A stretch of DNA of 64,000 nt from Mustelus asterias (lineage: Eukaryota): NCBI RefSeq assembly GCF_964213995.1, contig NC_135810.1, forward strand, positions 63,426,001 to 63,490,000, in the 5' to 3' direction. The notes beneath the pieces were generated by a model. The model searched no databases. It had not been told where the DNA came from and worked only from the letters and a program-made list of their open reading frames with translations. Positions 38,491 through 50,959 of the stretch are shown here, piece after piece (the first letter of the stretch is position 1; the number at the start of each line of letters is the position of its first letter). The position numbers and the translations under genes were made by a program.

Positions 38491-38562
38491 TTCCCTGACC
38501 AGGAATCAAAACCAGGCTGTAGCGGTGAAAGCTCTGAATCCTAACCATTAGACCAGCAGGGA
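38491..38562 (-). pseudogene. tRNA-Glu(TTC) pseudogene or tRNA-Glu-derived SINE head
   Basis: Minus strand TCCCTGCTGGTCTAATGGTTAGGATTCAGAGCTTTCACCGCTACAGCCTGGTTTTGATTCCTGGTCAGGGAA is collinear with vertebrate tRNA-Glu. It shows CpG decay and a broken TTCG T-loop. Confidence 0.85.
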
Positions 38563-40754
38563 CGATATCGATATAGATATAGGTCATTTTCGCCTCAATC
38601 TTCTTTACTCCAGTGAACCTGAATTCAGTTTTGATTTATTCTTCATAACTTTGATGTCTAATACGCACAATCATTTTGTTGCACTTCTCTGAATCATCTC
38701 CAATTCACCGACTATATTTTGCATGAAGGATGTCCAAACAACAAGCAACATTCTAATTAATCCTCACCAGCAATTTGTAAATGGTCAGAACTTGTTTAAA
38801 CTTGTAAGAAATTCCCCTCCAATAATTTGTGACTGGCTGCTGATTACAATTCCACACATTTTTTGTAAATAATCAATAATGACTTCCAAATCCTTTTCTT
38901 TTTCCATTCATCATGCAAATATTTATTGTTTTCTGCTCCAACTAATTACTTTAAATTTTGCTACATTAAAATCCTTCTTCCATTTGTGTTCCATTTTTGA
39001 AAAGTGGTTTAAAACCTTTCAAAGTCTATCTTTAATCTAATTTGGCATTATTTGTGGAGAATTTCGTGAAATGCCATCTGAAATTTACATCCAAATTCTA
39101 TTTTATGCAAATAGGAGTGGGATGGCTGAGGTATGACATAAAATTAGATGTGACACCATGCTCTTTGCCTAACCACCATAACTAGCATATTGCTGGTGTC
39201 AGGGGGGGCATCAGACCTAATTACCCATGGACCAATTAAGGCCCTTAATGGCTGCCTAATGACCTTCTACTGCCACCAGAAGGTAAAATCGCATCTGCAT
39301 AAAAATCTTACCTACATTCACCTAGCATTGCTATTTTCTACATAATTATCTTCCCAAGAACTCCAGGAGGTCAGCGAGGCATAATATATTCTTCATAAAT
39401 TTATGTTGATTACTTCTTATAGTCTCTGCTATTTAGATACTCTTTGGTGACAGCATGCCATATAACATTGTTAAGTATTTTACACTGTCGCTGCTATTAA
39501 AGAGACCTACTGCTGGGTGGAGGAGAGGGGGCTGTTGTAGGGGGCTAAAGCACCCATCAAATTCAGGCGGTAAACCCTTTTAACATGGAAATAAGAGTCC
39601 TTTGTTCTCCATTGGACCCCAATCGCCATTTTGGGGGAATAACCAAGTGGAGCACATATTGTGCACATTTCTTCCCGTTTTAATTATTAGTTTAAAATAA
39701 GTTTATGAAACCAGGAAAAGTGCGAGTGTCCCCCTGATACTGAGTCATGCCCAATCCAGGGAGATGCTGTGCACACTCATATCGATAGGCAGCTTGTTGG
39801 TTTGATTTGAGTGACGTTCAAACCAAGATCTGGCTTCTTTGCTCCTGACATGGGCAGACAGCCAGAGCACTCTGCCTAATAGTTAGAATGTACTCGGATA
39901 CCTTCCTCCTTTTCTGATGTCTCAGGAAAATGTACTATCCATCAGTAAACTCTGTTGTTCACGAATCTCCTAAAAATATTCAGCAAGAATTCATTGATCT
40001 CCTCTCATTTTTTTGGTGATTCTATCCAGCTGCATGGAACAATATATTCTTATTGATCTGGCCCTCATATTTAATCATATTAAAGCATTTAAAGATTTTT
40101 ACTTTCCAACTGCAGTTTTGTTGCAATAATACTTATTAGGATTTTACTGACAATCTGATGTTCTTCAAGTGAAGCCATTAATTGGACAAGGACACTGTGT
40201 TCTTGTGGAAAATAGCAGTCAGCAATGACAATGGCTTATCGCAACACAGATCTTTGAGAACAAGCTTAGCAAGTGCCTACCATAGTGACTTTTAAAATTT
40301 TGACTCCTCCACAGTGTAATTCTTTACTAGCTAATACTGTCATGTCCACAAAAGCATATGCCGTCTTTTTTCGAATGTACTTTTTCACCGTCTAAGCATT
40401 GACTAAAAAGCAAATCATGTCTCAGTCAAAGGTTCATTGCCATCCTCACTATTTGCTGCAACAAGTGGTCATCTTTCAATCATGAAGGAAGTCTGTGTAA
40501 TGACTTCAACGAGTCCCGTGAGCTTGACCTCTTGGAGTATGAGTTCCCTGATGGAGATCGCAAGGTGTGCCATCTACAGATCCAGGCAGCGGGCGATCGA
40601 GGGGGTCATCCAACCTTCTCTGTCTGCCCCCCTACTGCGGCTATATTCGCAGCTGGGTGTCCCTGGAGAGGGAGCATGAGGTGTCTGAGGACACTGTTGA
40701 TGCCTTCCGTGCCCGCTGGGCACCTCAGGGACTGGGGTGTATTATTGACCCCCC

Positions 40755-43700
40755 TGATGCGCGTTATCACACACGAGGCTTGAGATGCTCAGGAAACAAA
40801 GGCTTTTATTTGCTGTACAACGAAGCTACTAATTATATACACGATCCCAGACTGAGGGGTCCCAGACAGAGCAGAGACCTTTATACCTCTCCCAGGAGGC
40901 GGAGCCCGACTGGGATGTACCACAATAACTATAATACAAGGTGTAACAGCCCAACCCTAACCCCAACAGCAACAAGTAGAACAACCCATCCCTAACCCCA
41001 ACAGCAACATATATACATACTTGTAGTACTGGCCAGACCCTGGCTCAGTACTATCTAGTGGGAACCAACGATGGTTCACCACATTCACCCCTCCTTTGAA
41101 GACAAAGGCCGGCGGGGTACAAAAAAACAGAATAATTTGTCATCAGTCTATAAGTTCAGACGGTCAGGGGGACCGCACCGTCGTTGTGACCTCCTCAATA
41201 CCGGCGATGACACCGGAGTAGGCACTCGCGGTGGCGTTCTCCCCAAGGCGATGTCCAACTGTTCCTCCACAGTTTCACAGGCCGGTTGACCCTGAGGTGA
41301 CGGTAATCCATGGAGTTCCGACACGCCCTGAAGTGGCGACCATCCTCTGGACTCAGGCAAGCTGTACACGGGAGTAAATGGGTTAAGTAATGGTCCCGAT
41401 GCTGCCCGCGCCGTGTCCGGAGGGGAAACAAGAGTTATGGGGTTTGTAACAGGGGGTATGGGAGCGACAGGGGTTTCTACGTCCCCTGCTGGCGCCAGGT
41501 CTCGGATCGAGACTGTGTCCTCTCGCCTGTCAGGGTATGCCACATAGGCATACTGAGGGTTGGCGTGGAGGAGATGGACCTGTTCGACCAACGGGTCGGA
41601 CTTGCGGGCCCTTACATGTCGCCGCAGGAGGACAGGTCCTGAGTATGTCAACCAAGACGGTAATGAGGTCCCAGAGGAAGACGTCCGAGGGAATGAAAAC
41701 ATCCTCTCATGGGGAGTAGCATTGGTTGGCGTACACAGGAGTGAGCGTATGGAATGGAGCACATCAGGGAGCACCTCTTGCCAACGGGAGACTGGAAGGC
41801 TTTTTGACTTCAACGCCAGTAAGACTGCCTTCCAGACTGTAGCATTCTCACGTTCCACCTGTCCGTTACCCCTAGGGTTGTAGCTCGTGGTTCTACTAGA
41901 GGCAATCCCGTATGAGAGCAGGTATTGCCTCAAGTCATCGCTCATGAACGACGAGCCCCTGTCGCTGTGAATGTAGCTGGGGTACCCGAACAGGGTAAAA
42001 AGATCACGGAATGCCTTGATAACTGTGGGAGCGGATGTATCAGAGCAGGGAATAACAAAAGGGAATCTCGAGTACTCGTCAATGGTGTTGAGGAAGTACA
42101 CATTCCGATCTGTTGAGGGAAGGGGGCCCTTAAAATCGACACTCAGTCTTTCGAAGGGACGAGTGGCCTTGACTAATTGTGCCCGGTCAGGTCGGTAAAA
42201 GTGCGGTTTGCATTCCGCGCATACCCGACAGCTTCTTGTTATGGACCTGACATCCTCCACCGAGTAGGGCAGATTGCGGGCTTTTATAAAGTGGTAGAGC
42301 CGAGTGACCCCAGGATGGCATAGGTCATTATGGAGAGCCTGCAAACGGTCCTCCTGTATACTGGCGCATGTTCCACGCGAGAGAGCATCCGAGGGCTCAT
42401 TGAGTTTCCCTGGACGATAAATGATGTCATAGTCATAGGTGGAGAGTTCAATTCTCCACCGCAAGATCTTATCGTTCTTGATCTTGCCCCTCAGCGTGTT
42501 ATTAAAAATGAACGCCACGGACCGCTGGTCCGTGATCAGGGTGAACCGTTTTCCCGCCAAGTAATGGCGCCAGTGCCTGACGGCCTCCACAATGGCCTGG
42601 GCCTCCTTTTCCACCGCTGAATGCCGAATTTCGGGGCCTTGGAGGGTGCGGGAAAAAAAAGCGACGGGCCTGCCCGCCTGGTTAAGTGTGGCAGCCAGGG
42701 CGAAATCAGATGCATCGCTCTCCACCTGAAAGGGGATGGACTCATCAGCAGCATGCATCGTAGCTTTCGCGATGTCGGCTTTTAGTTTATCAAAGGCCAA
42801 TCGGGCCTCTGGTGTTAGGGGAAGAGTCGTGGACTTGATGAGCGGACGGGCTTTGTCCGCGTAAATGGGAACCCACTGTGCATAGTAAGAGAAGAAGCCT
42901 AAGCATCTTCTCAGTGCTTTTGCACTAGTGGGCAGGGGAAGTCCAAAGAGGGGACGCATACGGTCTGGATCAGGGCCAATTACCCCGTTTTCCACCACGT
43001 ATCCGAGGATGGCTAAACGGCGCATACGAAACACACACTTCTCCCTGTTGTAGGTCAGGTTCAGGCGAGATGCAGTGCGTAGGAAATTCAGGAGATTTGT
43101 GTCGTGGTCCTGCTGGTCATGGCCGCAGATGGTGACGTTATCCAGGTACGGGAAGGTAGCCCGCAGCCTGTTCTGGTCCACCATTCGGTCCATAGCACGC
43201 TGGAAGACCGAGACCCCATTGGTGACACCAAAGGGAACGCTGAGAAAGTGATACAAGCGACCATCCACCTCAAAAGCCGTGTCTTGTCAGTCCTCTGGGC
43301 GAATGGGGAGTTGGTGGTAGGCAGACTTGAGGTCTATGGTGGAGAACACCCGGTACTGCGCAATCTGATTGACCATGTCAGATATGCGCGGGAGGGGATA
43401 CGCATCCAGCTGCGTGTATCGATTCATGGTCTGACTATAGTCAATGACCATCCGGGGTTTGTTCCCACTCTTGACCACCACGACCTGCGCTCTCCACGGA
43501 CTAGCGCTAGGTTGTATGATCCTTTCCTTGAGGAGCCGCTGAACTTCAGATCGAATGAAGATCCGATCCTCAGCGCTGTAACGCCTACTCTTAGTTGCAA
43601 TGGGCTTGCAGCCTGGCACAAGATTCTGGAACAGGGAGGGTGTGGTGATCTTCAGCGTCGAGAGGCTACAGGCGGGGCGCGTTGGGCAATTTGGAGGCTG

Positions 43701-45523
43701 CTGTTCTCCCACTGAAAGCAAAGGGAGTGGCCCACCGTACTGTAGGGTTACACTCCTCAAGTGGACCATGAAGTTTAGTCCGAGAAGTAATGGCGCGCAA
43801 AGGTGCGGCAACACCAGGAGCTTGAAACGCTCGTAAACTGTGCTTGCACCGTTTAAGTTACCACGCAACTCCCTAGCACAGTGACAGACCGGGACCTTGA
43901 TGCCATAGAAATTGTCTGTTTGACAGGTTGAATCCGCAGTCCACACCGCTTCACAGCGTCTGGGTGGATAAAACTCTCAGTGCTCCCGCTGTCAAACAGA
44001 CAATAAATCAAGTGGTCGTTTACCTGAATGTCCATCATAGACTTGTCAAGTCTATGAGGCTTAGCCTGGTCCAGGATGATCGAACCCACCGTTGGTTCAT
44101 GAGCGCCACTGCAGGCAGCTGAGATTGACGAGGACGACCCCTGCTGGTCGTTCGCGGTCGGTGCCGACCAACATGGCCGCTCCCATAGGTTGCACGTGGG
44201 TGATGGCGCCAAACTCAGCGACCCCTGGTGGTCACACGTCTCCGACTCCGTCGACCGTAATGGCGTCGTCCTGGCCTCGCACATGGACGAAACCCTCGAC
44301 GATGTCGACGATGAAGAACCGGGCTCCGGGGAATCGCAGGCCGCACTGCTGTTCCGAGAAGCAGATTTAGATCGGCACACTTTCGAATAGTGCCCCTTCT
44401 TACCGCAGGCGGAGCACAACACAGCTTTAGCGGGACACCGTTGCTGAGCATGCTTCGCTTCCCCACAGAAGTAACACCGCGGGCCGCCCGGAGCTGCTGC
44501 CATCGTCTGGCCTGAGTGTGAGCACGCCATCACGCAGCATTTCGAACCCGAGGGACGAGGAGGGATTGGCGACTGCTCCTGCCACGTTGTCTCCACGTGG
44601 TCGTCAGGATACAATACTAGGCTTTTGGAGGCCGTCTCCAACATATCCGCTAGTTCTATTGCCTGGGTGAGGTCAAGATTACCTTTCTCCAGTAGTTTGA
44701 GTCGGATGTAAGATGATCCGACTCCCGCCACAAACGCATCTCGAGCGAGGTCATTCATATTCTACTCTGCCGACACTGCTTTGCAGTTACAGCCCCTGGC
44801 GAGCTGTAGGAGCTCGTTGACGTATTCCTCCGTCGTTTCGCCGGACTGCCGTCGTCGAGTGGCTAAGAGGTAACGAGCGTGTATTTCGTTGGGCGGTTTA
44901 ATATAACGCTTCTTAAGAAGCTTGAGGGCCTTTGTGTAGTCGGTGGCCGCACGGATCGCGAGGTAGACAGTGTCGCTTACCCTCGCATGGAGGACCCGGA
45001 GTCTGTCATCATCTGTGGTGACCGCTGCGGAGGCTGCCAGGTAGTCCTCAAAACATTTCAACCAGTGGTCGAAGGTGTTAGAGGCGCCCGCCGCACGTGG
45101 ATCTAGTGTAAGGCGTTCAGGCTTCTGTATCTGCTCCATACTCTCTCTATATCGTTTTTTTTTTCGACGAGAGTTTATTTACAGCAAATAAAATTGATGC
45201 GCATTATCACACACGAGGCTTGAGATGCTCAGGAAATAAAGGCTTTTATTTGCTGTACAACGAAGCTACTAATTATATACACGATCCCAGACTGAGGGGT
45301 CCCAGACAGAGCAGAGACATTTATACCTCTCCCAGGAGGCGGAGCCCGACTGGGGTGTACCACAATAACTATAATACAAGGTGTAACAGCCCAACCCTAA
45401 CCCCAACAGCAACAAGTAGAACAACCCATCCCTCACCCCAACAGCAACATATATACATACTTGTAGTACTGGCCAGACCCTGGCTCAGTACTATCTAGTG
45501 GGAACCAACGATGGTTCACCACA
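40755..45523 (-). mobile_element. Full-length Ty3/Gypsy LTR retrotransposon, copy 1
   Basis: 329-bp LTRs at 40755-41083 and 45195-45523 (TG...CA, 5 differences), TSD CCCCC, PPT next to 41084, gag-PR-RT-RH-IN order. Confidence 0.98.
41148..45139 (-). pseudogene. gag-pol of copy 1, disrupted
   Basis: Two CCHC knuckles, LFDSGST protease, RT YLDN, RNase H ESDAS, integrase HHCC and D,D35E. Stops at 44762 (CAG>TAG) and 43287 (CGA>TGA), and a stop plus frameshift at ~43845-43855. Confidence 0.95.
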
Positions 45524-46367
45524 CCCCCTTAATCACATTTTAATTTGGTGTTTTAAGTTTTCTTCCTACTTTGTCTTTCGGGCGGTTCCCTTCCTTTTAG
45601 GGAGCTGCCCTTTTTGAGTTGTTCCTAAGTTAGTTTGATTTTGTTTATTTGGTTGGACACAAAAAGAGTTCCTGATGGATGTCATAATTGTCTGCCCAAT
45701 CAGGGAGCATCACCTGTATATAAAAGTGGGAGTGTCAGGTTCACTGGTATTCTGGATTCTGACTGTGTACCTGAAGCACTCTAGGAGTGGAATTGAGTTT
45801 GTAAATAAAGGGAATCTGGTGAAGGGACACCAGCCTCTGAGGAGTTATTTCAATCTGTACCACACTCAGCTTAGAGTTATTAATTGCAGTCAGATCAGAC
45901 TGGGAGTATGGTCCTTATAACCTGTAGTCTTTTCCAACTTTAAGATCTCCCCAGTGCAAGTTTCAAATGTACTTGTTTATAACAATTCCAAATATTAGAA
46001 ATGAAAAACATTTGCTTTAATGCTCAATGTTGGCCTTTATTTAATTAGGTGAAAACTCCATCATCTTTCCTTTTCATTCATAGACAGCCCTCCTATTAAC
46101 TCAAAAGCACTGACTGGGTCAGGCAACATCAGTGGCGAGAGTAACAGAGTAAATAAATGGGGATAAACGTAACCCTGAAAAATAGATGAGTTTGAGTTTG
46201 GGTGGGGGAGGAGTGAGGTGCTGTAATGTCCAGCCCATCTACAAGTTAAGTGAGTGGGCAGCAAGATGGCAGGTGGAGTATAATATGGGGAAGTTTGAGG
46301 TCATCAGAATAGAAAAGCAGAATATTTTTTATAAAAACCATGAAACTTGATGGCCAGTGGGATTTGA

Positions 46368-46564
46368 GTCCAAAGATGTGCGGGTTAGGTTGATTGACCA
46401 GGTTAAAAATTGCCCCTTAGAGTCCTGGGATGCATAGGTTAGAGGGATTAGCGGGTAAAAATGTGGGGGTAGGGCCTGGGTGGGATTGTGGTCGGTGCAG
46501 ACTCGATGGGCCGAATGGCCTCCTTCTGCACTGTAGGGTTTCTATGATTCTATGATTCTATGAG
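46368..46564 (+). mobile_element. 5'-truncated HE1 SINE (tail type A)
   Basis: gtccaaagatgtgcgggttagg...gggccgaatggcctccttctgcactgtaggg(TTCTATGA)3. Confidence 0.9.
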
Positions 46565-47287
46565 TGTGATAACTTTACCCCCGATGTAGAATCTATCTTC
46601 TTCTCTGAGGAAGCACTTCCGGGCACTCTTCTTACGATGGTTAGTCTCTATAGAGTTGTCGCTGGCAAACAAAGGATTACAGTAACTTTTATCCACAAAT
46701 CTTCCACTTGCTTCCAAAAGATTCTCATCATCCAACCAATTGTGCAACCCGAAACCGGTCACACGGTTCGAACATCCAATGAACTTACTTGTGAATGACG
46801 CCATTACGCTTACTTCATATGACCTGTACCACACATAACGGTAATGAAAGTCGAGATCACAATGTCTGTTCGGATGTAAACAACTTCCCTTATTTGACCA
46901 ACACAGGAAGCTTCAAATTACAGTTCCCAGACAAGATACCTGACTCACCACAACTTTACAACCTGTATCTGGTTTTAATTATCAGTTGACCAAAAATCCC
47001 AGCATGCTTAACTCTCAGGCAGAATAGCCATTTTAAAGCCACTATTGCCATTATTGTTGTTAAATCATTGTCGTAGCCAGTCTTTCTTCATCTACAGACA
47101 GTATATACTTGTATTGAATATCATCAGCCCAGGTTCATCAGATTGTTACCTGGGATGAGAGAATTATCCTCCGATAAGAGGCTGTGCAATTTGCCCCACA
47201 CCACATGGAGTTTGGAAGAATGAGAGGCGATCATAGTGAAACCTGCAAGATTTCGAAGAGGCTTGACAAGTTAGAGATTGAAATGCT

Positions 47288-48393
47288 GGGGCGATTCTCC
47301 CAAAGGTGCTGAATTGGTGGGAAAACTATTCCAGATCACGATTCTTTTTTCAGTGCAGCTTCTCATTCAAATCTCCCCACTCTGTGCAAAGCAGAGAGCA
47401 CAATTGGGAATATCATTAAAAGCCCAGGGGGGGCGGGGCCTATTCGTGCCGGAATCTGACAGCTCCAGAACTCGGTGCATGCGCAGTGGTCCCAATCTGT
47501 CAGTCTCCCCATTTGCTGGCCAGCCTGGGACCCTCACGGTGCTGCCCCTCCAGCCCCCCCATGGCACGATCACAGCCCCCACAATAATTCCCCGGCCAGC
47601 CCTGACCCCCCCGCCACGGAGCGCCCCAGTGTACAACCCACCCCCCCAGCAGTGGCAATCCCCTCACCCCAGCAGACCTCTCCCGTTGATCCCACCCGGG
47701 ATCAGAGCCCCCCCCCCCCCCACACACCCCCTCAGAGGCAGCGCCCCCCCCCCCGCCCCTCCCCCAGCAGACCACCTTGATCGCTGGCTTCCATCCAACC
47801 CAGACCGATCCCCATGTAGAGTTGCAGCGGGACCCCCCATCCCCACCAATCATTCCTTGGCCCCGTCCATAATTGGCCCCGCGCCTTGGCACTGCCCAAT
47901 GCCCAATTGGCAGTCCCGAGGTGTCACCTGGCCATGGGCACTTTGCCCCTTGGGCAGTGCCAGGGGGCACAGGCTGGCACTGCCAGGGTGCCCATGCCCA
48001 GGGGGCACCACCCCACCACCGCCCAATCCCCTGAGGGGCCCCGTTGCCTCGCTTCACTCTGGCGGGGTCTCCCGCTAATTTCCCAAACATGGAGAGATAC
48101 TCTAAACCCCACCGGAATGAAGTACTCCTGGCGGCGTGGGAGATGCTATCGGGGCCGCCATGTAATGGATAATCACATTGAAGTCACATTTAAATTACAT
48201 TTAAAACATATTCAAATTACTTACCTCACTTTCCGCTGAACTTCTGCACGTTCCCGGTGGTGCCATTTTCTTCCGGTTGGGAGATGCGCGCGGGTGATAA
48301 ATACTCGCCGGGAACCCGCAAAATGGCCGACACGAGCATCTCCCCAACCTGACCCACCAGAAAAGTGCGGGTCGCAATGGGAGAATCGGGCCC
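47288..48393. mobile_element. Harbinger-like non-autonomous element
   Basis: TIRs GGGGCGATTCTCCCA / TGGGAGAATCGGGCCC. Interrupts a CR1. Confidence 0.75.
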
Positions 48394-48667
48394 ATTGTTT
48401 CCCCTGGTTGTGGAATCTAGAACACCAGGGCACTATTTCAAGATAAAGTGACGATGATTTAGGACTAAGACGAAGAGAAATTTCTTCACTGAAAAGTCTG
48501 CAAATCTTTAGAATTCTTTACCCTACAGAGTTGAGGGTGCTTCATCAGTGAATATATCCGTGGCAGAAATAGACAGTTTTTGGCCCCTTAGGGAATCAAG
48601 GGATATGGGGAGTGGGTGGGAGAGTGGAGTTGTGGTCATTGATCAGCCATGATTGTGTTGAATGGCA

Positions 48668-48972
48668 GAGTAAAGTAAAGTAAGTAAAGTTTATTTATTA
48701 GTCACAAGTAAGGCTTACATTAAACACTGCAATGAAGTTACTGTGAAATTCCTCGAGTCACCACAGTCCGCCGCCGCCTGTTTGGGTTAATGCACCTAAC
48801 CAGCACGTCTTTCAGAATGTAGGAGGAAACCGGAGCACCTGGAGGAAACCCACACACAGACATGGGGAGAACGTGCAGACTCCACACAGATAGTGACCCA
48901 AGTCGGGAATCAAACCTGGGTCCCTGGTGCTGTGAAGCAGCAGTGTTAACCACTGTGCTACCATGCCGCCCC
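48668..48972 (-). mobile_element. HE1/V-SINE, tail type B
   Basis: Same head and tail as 14141-14445, ending in (CTTTA)n. Confidence 0.9.
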
Positions 48973-49710
48973 AATCAGCTGAGGAGCTGAATGGTCTACT
49001 GCTGCTCTAAAGACTTTACCACATTGAAGGTTTGACCACTGCAATCTATTTTTCACCCTTTTCAGTTAAAGTTAACACTAACTCATCAGAATCTCACAAA
49101 TAGCCTCGAAATTAAAATTAGAATAGAACAATACCTCGTGAATCTTCAGAGAAATTACAAGTGTACTATATTGGATCTGATTAGGGCACCAGCAGCAGCA
49201 GAAAATTATAAAATGATGGGATAGAGTAAAGAGCTGATTTGGACACCAACAGAAGCTACAAAAGATAAGAGAAAGAGCAATGGAGAGCTCAGACCAGCCA
49301 GTGGTGCATTCCAAAAAGAAGCAAGGGACAATTAAGGGCCACATGTGCCACTGCTGATATTCAACCAGTAGTGGAAGCTGCCCAGCAAATCCTGTCCTTA
49401 CACTGGAGGTATCCCTAGCTAAGGGGGACTCTGTGCTCAGTCAAGGAACCCCACATTGGGAATGATTTGGGGGGGTGTGGGATGTGGGGGTGCGGAGGCT
49501 GCTGAATGCCACCCCTTTATCCTTGTTTCTGACACTTCTTCTTCCACCACCCCCATCACCGGCGACCACCGCCCTGCAACTCCCGAACTGCCCACACTCA
49601 CCTCTATGAGGGGATTCATGCTGCTGTTGGCCCAAATGTTATACCGGCAGTGGTCACCACTCCTGGTGACACTGCCGGTACAGGAGAGTCAGTGGTTGGT
49701 CTATGAATGG

Positions 49711-50858
49711 TCGACAGCTCTTGGGGGTGGTATTTCAATCCTACTGAGGGCTTAATGAAGTGGGAGGTCCAACACTGTCCAGGTAAGTGACTGATTACCT
49801 CATAGTCACACTGAACTTCCCAGAGTGATGTGACGCAGGGCTTCCAACTGATTCTCCAGCCAGTAGGTTAGACCACCATTGCATCCTGCCAATTCCATCC
49901 TATATTGCTGATATATTATCAGTACTACGGGCAGTGAAATTATTATTCATCATCTGGAAGTAAATGTATAAATCTATGTTCTACCAAGTTGATTTCTTTT
50001 TTACTTCATGATGTCGGAGATGGAAATTAATCTTAACATTTTCAAATTTGGAAACTTATTATTCATGTCATGCTTACACATTAAATGATTCATTATTACA
50101 TTTGTCATGATTTAATTCTCATTACAAGGCGATAAACATTGCATCATGCACAAAGTGGGTGGTGATGGTGTACGAATGAATATAGATAGGGAAAACTTCC
50201 TACACTAAATCTTTAATTGCATTACTTTGTGGCAGCAGTCAAAACTGAAAATAAGTACCCCTAGGCCATTACATTAATACAAGGAACAGGCCCTTTGTTA
50301 TTTTGAATAGATGCCTCATTTTCTAATTTACAGTGAAAAATACTGCTTGAAGTCAAAAATAAAAATATTGAAAGCATGTTGGTCAATTAGAAATAACAGG
50401 TTCATGATCAGAGGCACACTGACAGAACAGATACATTTCAAATGAAATACTTTCTCGTGATACACCGGTCTAAATCTTCTGCTCAGCAGCAATGCTATGC
50501 GCAGTGCTCTTTCACACAAAGATTCTCCCAGCCCGACACTGCTGTCCATTTATTCTGAACCCAGCTGTCAAAGAAATATGCAGCACAAGAGTCTGGTGGG
50601 GAACTCACAGAGTTTCCAAAAGACCAACACCTGCCTAAAAGCTCAAGGCAGAAATGGCCTCTTGCTGAGAGTCATAGGGCCCTATTTTACCACTTTGATT
50701 CGACAGCTCTTGGGGGTGGTATTTCAATCCAACTGAGGGCTTAATGAAGTGGGAGGTCCAACACTGTCCAGGTAAGTGACTGATTACCTCATAGTCACAC
50801 TGGACTTCCCAGAGTGACGTGACGCAGGGCTTCCAACTGATTCTCCAGCTAGTAGGTT
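49711..50858 (+). repeat. 159-bp direct duplication (49711-49869 = 50700-50858)
   Basis: Aligned by eye; ~4 substitutions. Confidence 0.95.
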
Positions 50859-50959
50859 TTGGATTCTACGAGCAAGGTCTTCCTGTCCTGCTCGCCCTGA
50901 GAACGGACCTTTAAATGGTCTGCCAAATTTTCTAACCCACCCATGACAGACTTCAATGA

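Larger units (their letters stand above)
40556..45665 (+). mobile_element. L1/Tx1-clade LINE 3' fragment (40556-40754 and 45524-45665) split by the Gypsy element
   Basis: Reads IARCAIYRSRQRA..GYIRSWVSLEREH..DAFRARWAPQGLGCIIDP|LNHILI, then a T-rich 3' UTR ending in an A run. TSD GAGTTCC(C)TGATGGA. Confidence 0.8.
40496..45852 (+). mobile_element. Solo LTR split by nested insertions (halves 40496-40555 and 45666-45852)
   Basis: The joined halves match the 20351-20571 LTR. TSD GTCTG/ATCTG. Confidence 0.8.
46230..49010 (+). mobile_element. Old CR1 3' region in pieces (46230-46365, 47085-47287, 48394-48667, 48975-49010)
   Basis: Collinear CR1 motifs (EWA.RWQVEYN.GKFEV; EFGRMRGD; RNFFT; GIKGYGE) separated by younger inserts. 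Confidence 0.7.

Noticed and set aside
38491-38562. Functional tRNA-Glu gene
   Set aside because: T-loop/B-box and stem mutations from CpG decay.
40950-41000. Telomere-like CCCTAA motifs in the LTRs
   Set aside because: Only two isolated copies within a ~20-bp internal LTR duplication, not an array.
41084-41150. env gene or chromodomain in the Gypsy elements
   Set aside because: Pol ends ~65 bp from the 3' LTR with a proline-rich tail, leaving no room or motif.
41537-44390. Antisense ORFs conserved in both Gypsy copies
   Set aside because: Expected shadow frames of a GC-rich pol. The copies are too similar for this to show selection.
47278-48090. Long Pro/Gly-rich ORFs (also 16716-17169, 17971-18598, 28420-28915)
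   Set aside because: They arise from stop-poor G/C runs inside non-autonomous elements.
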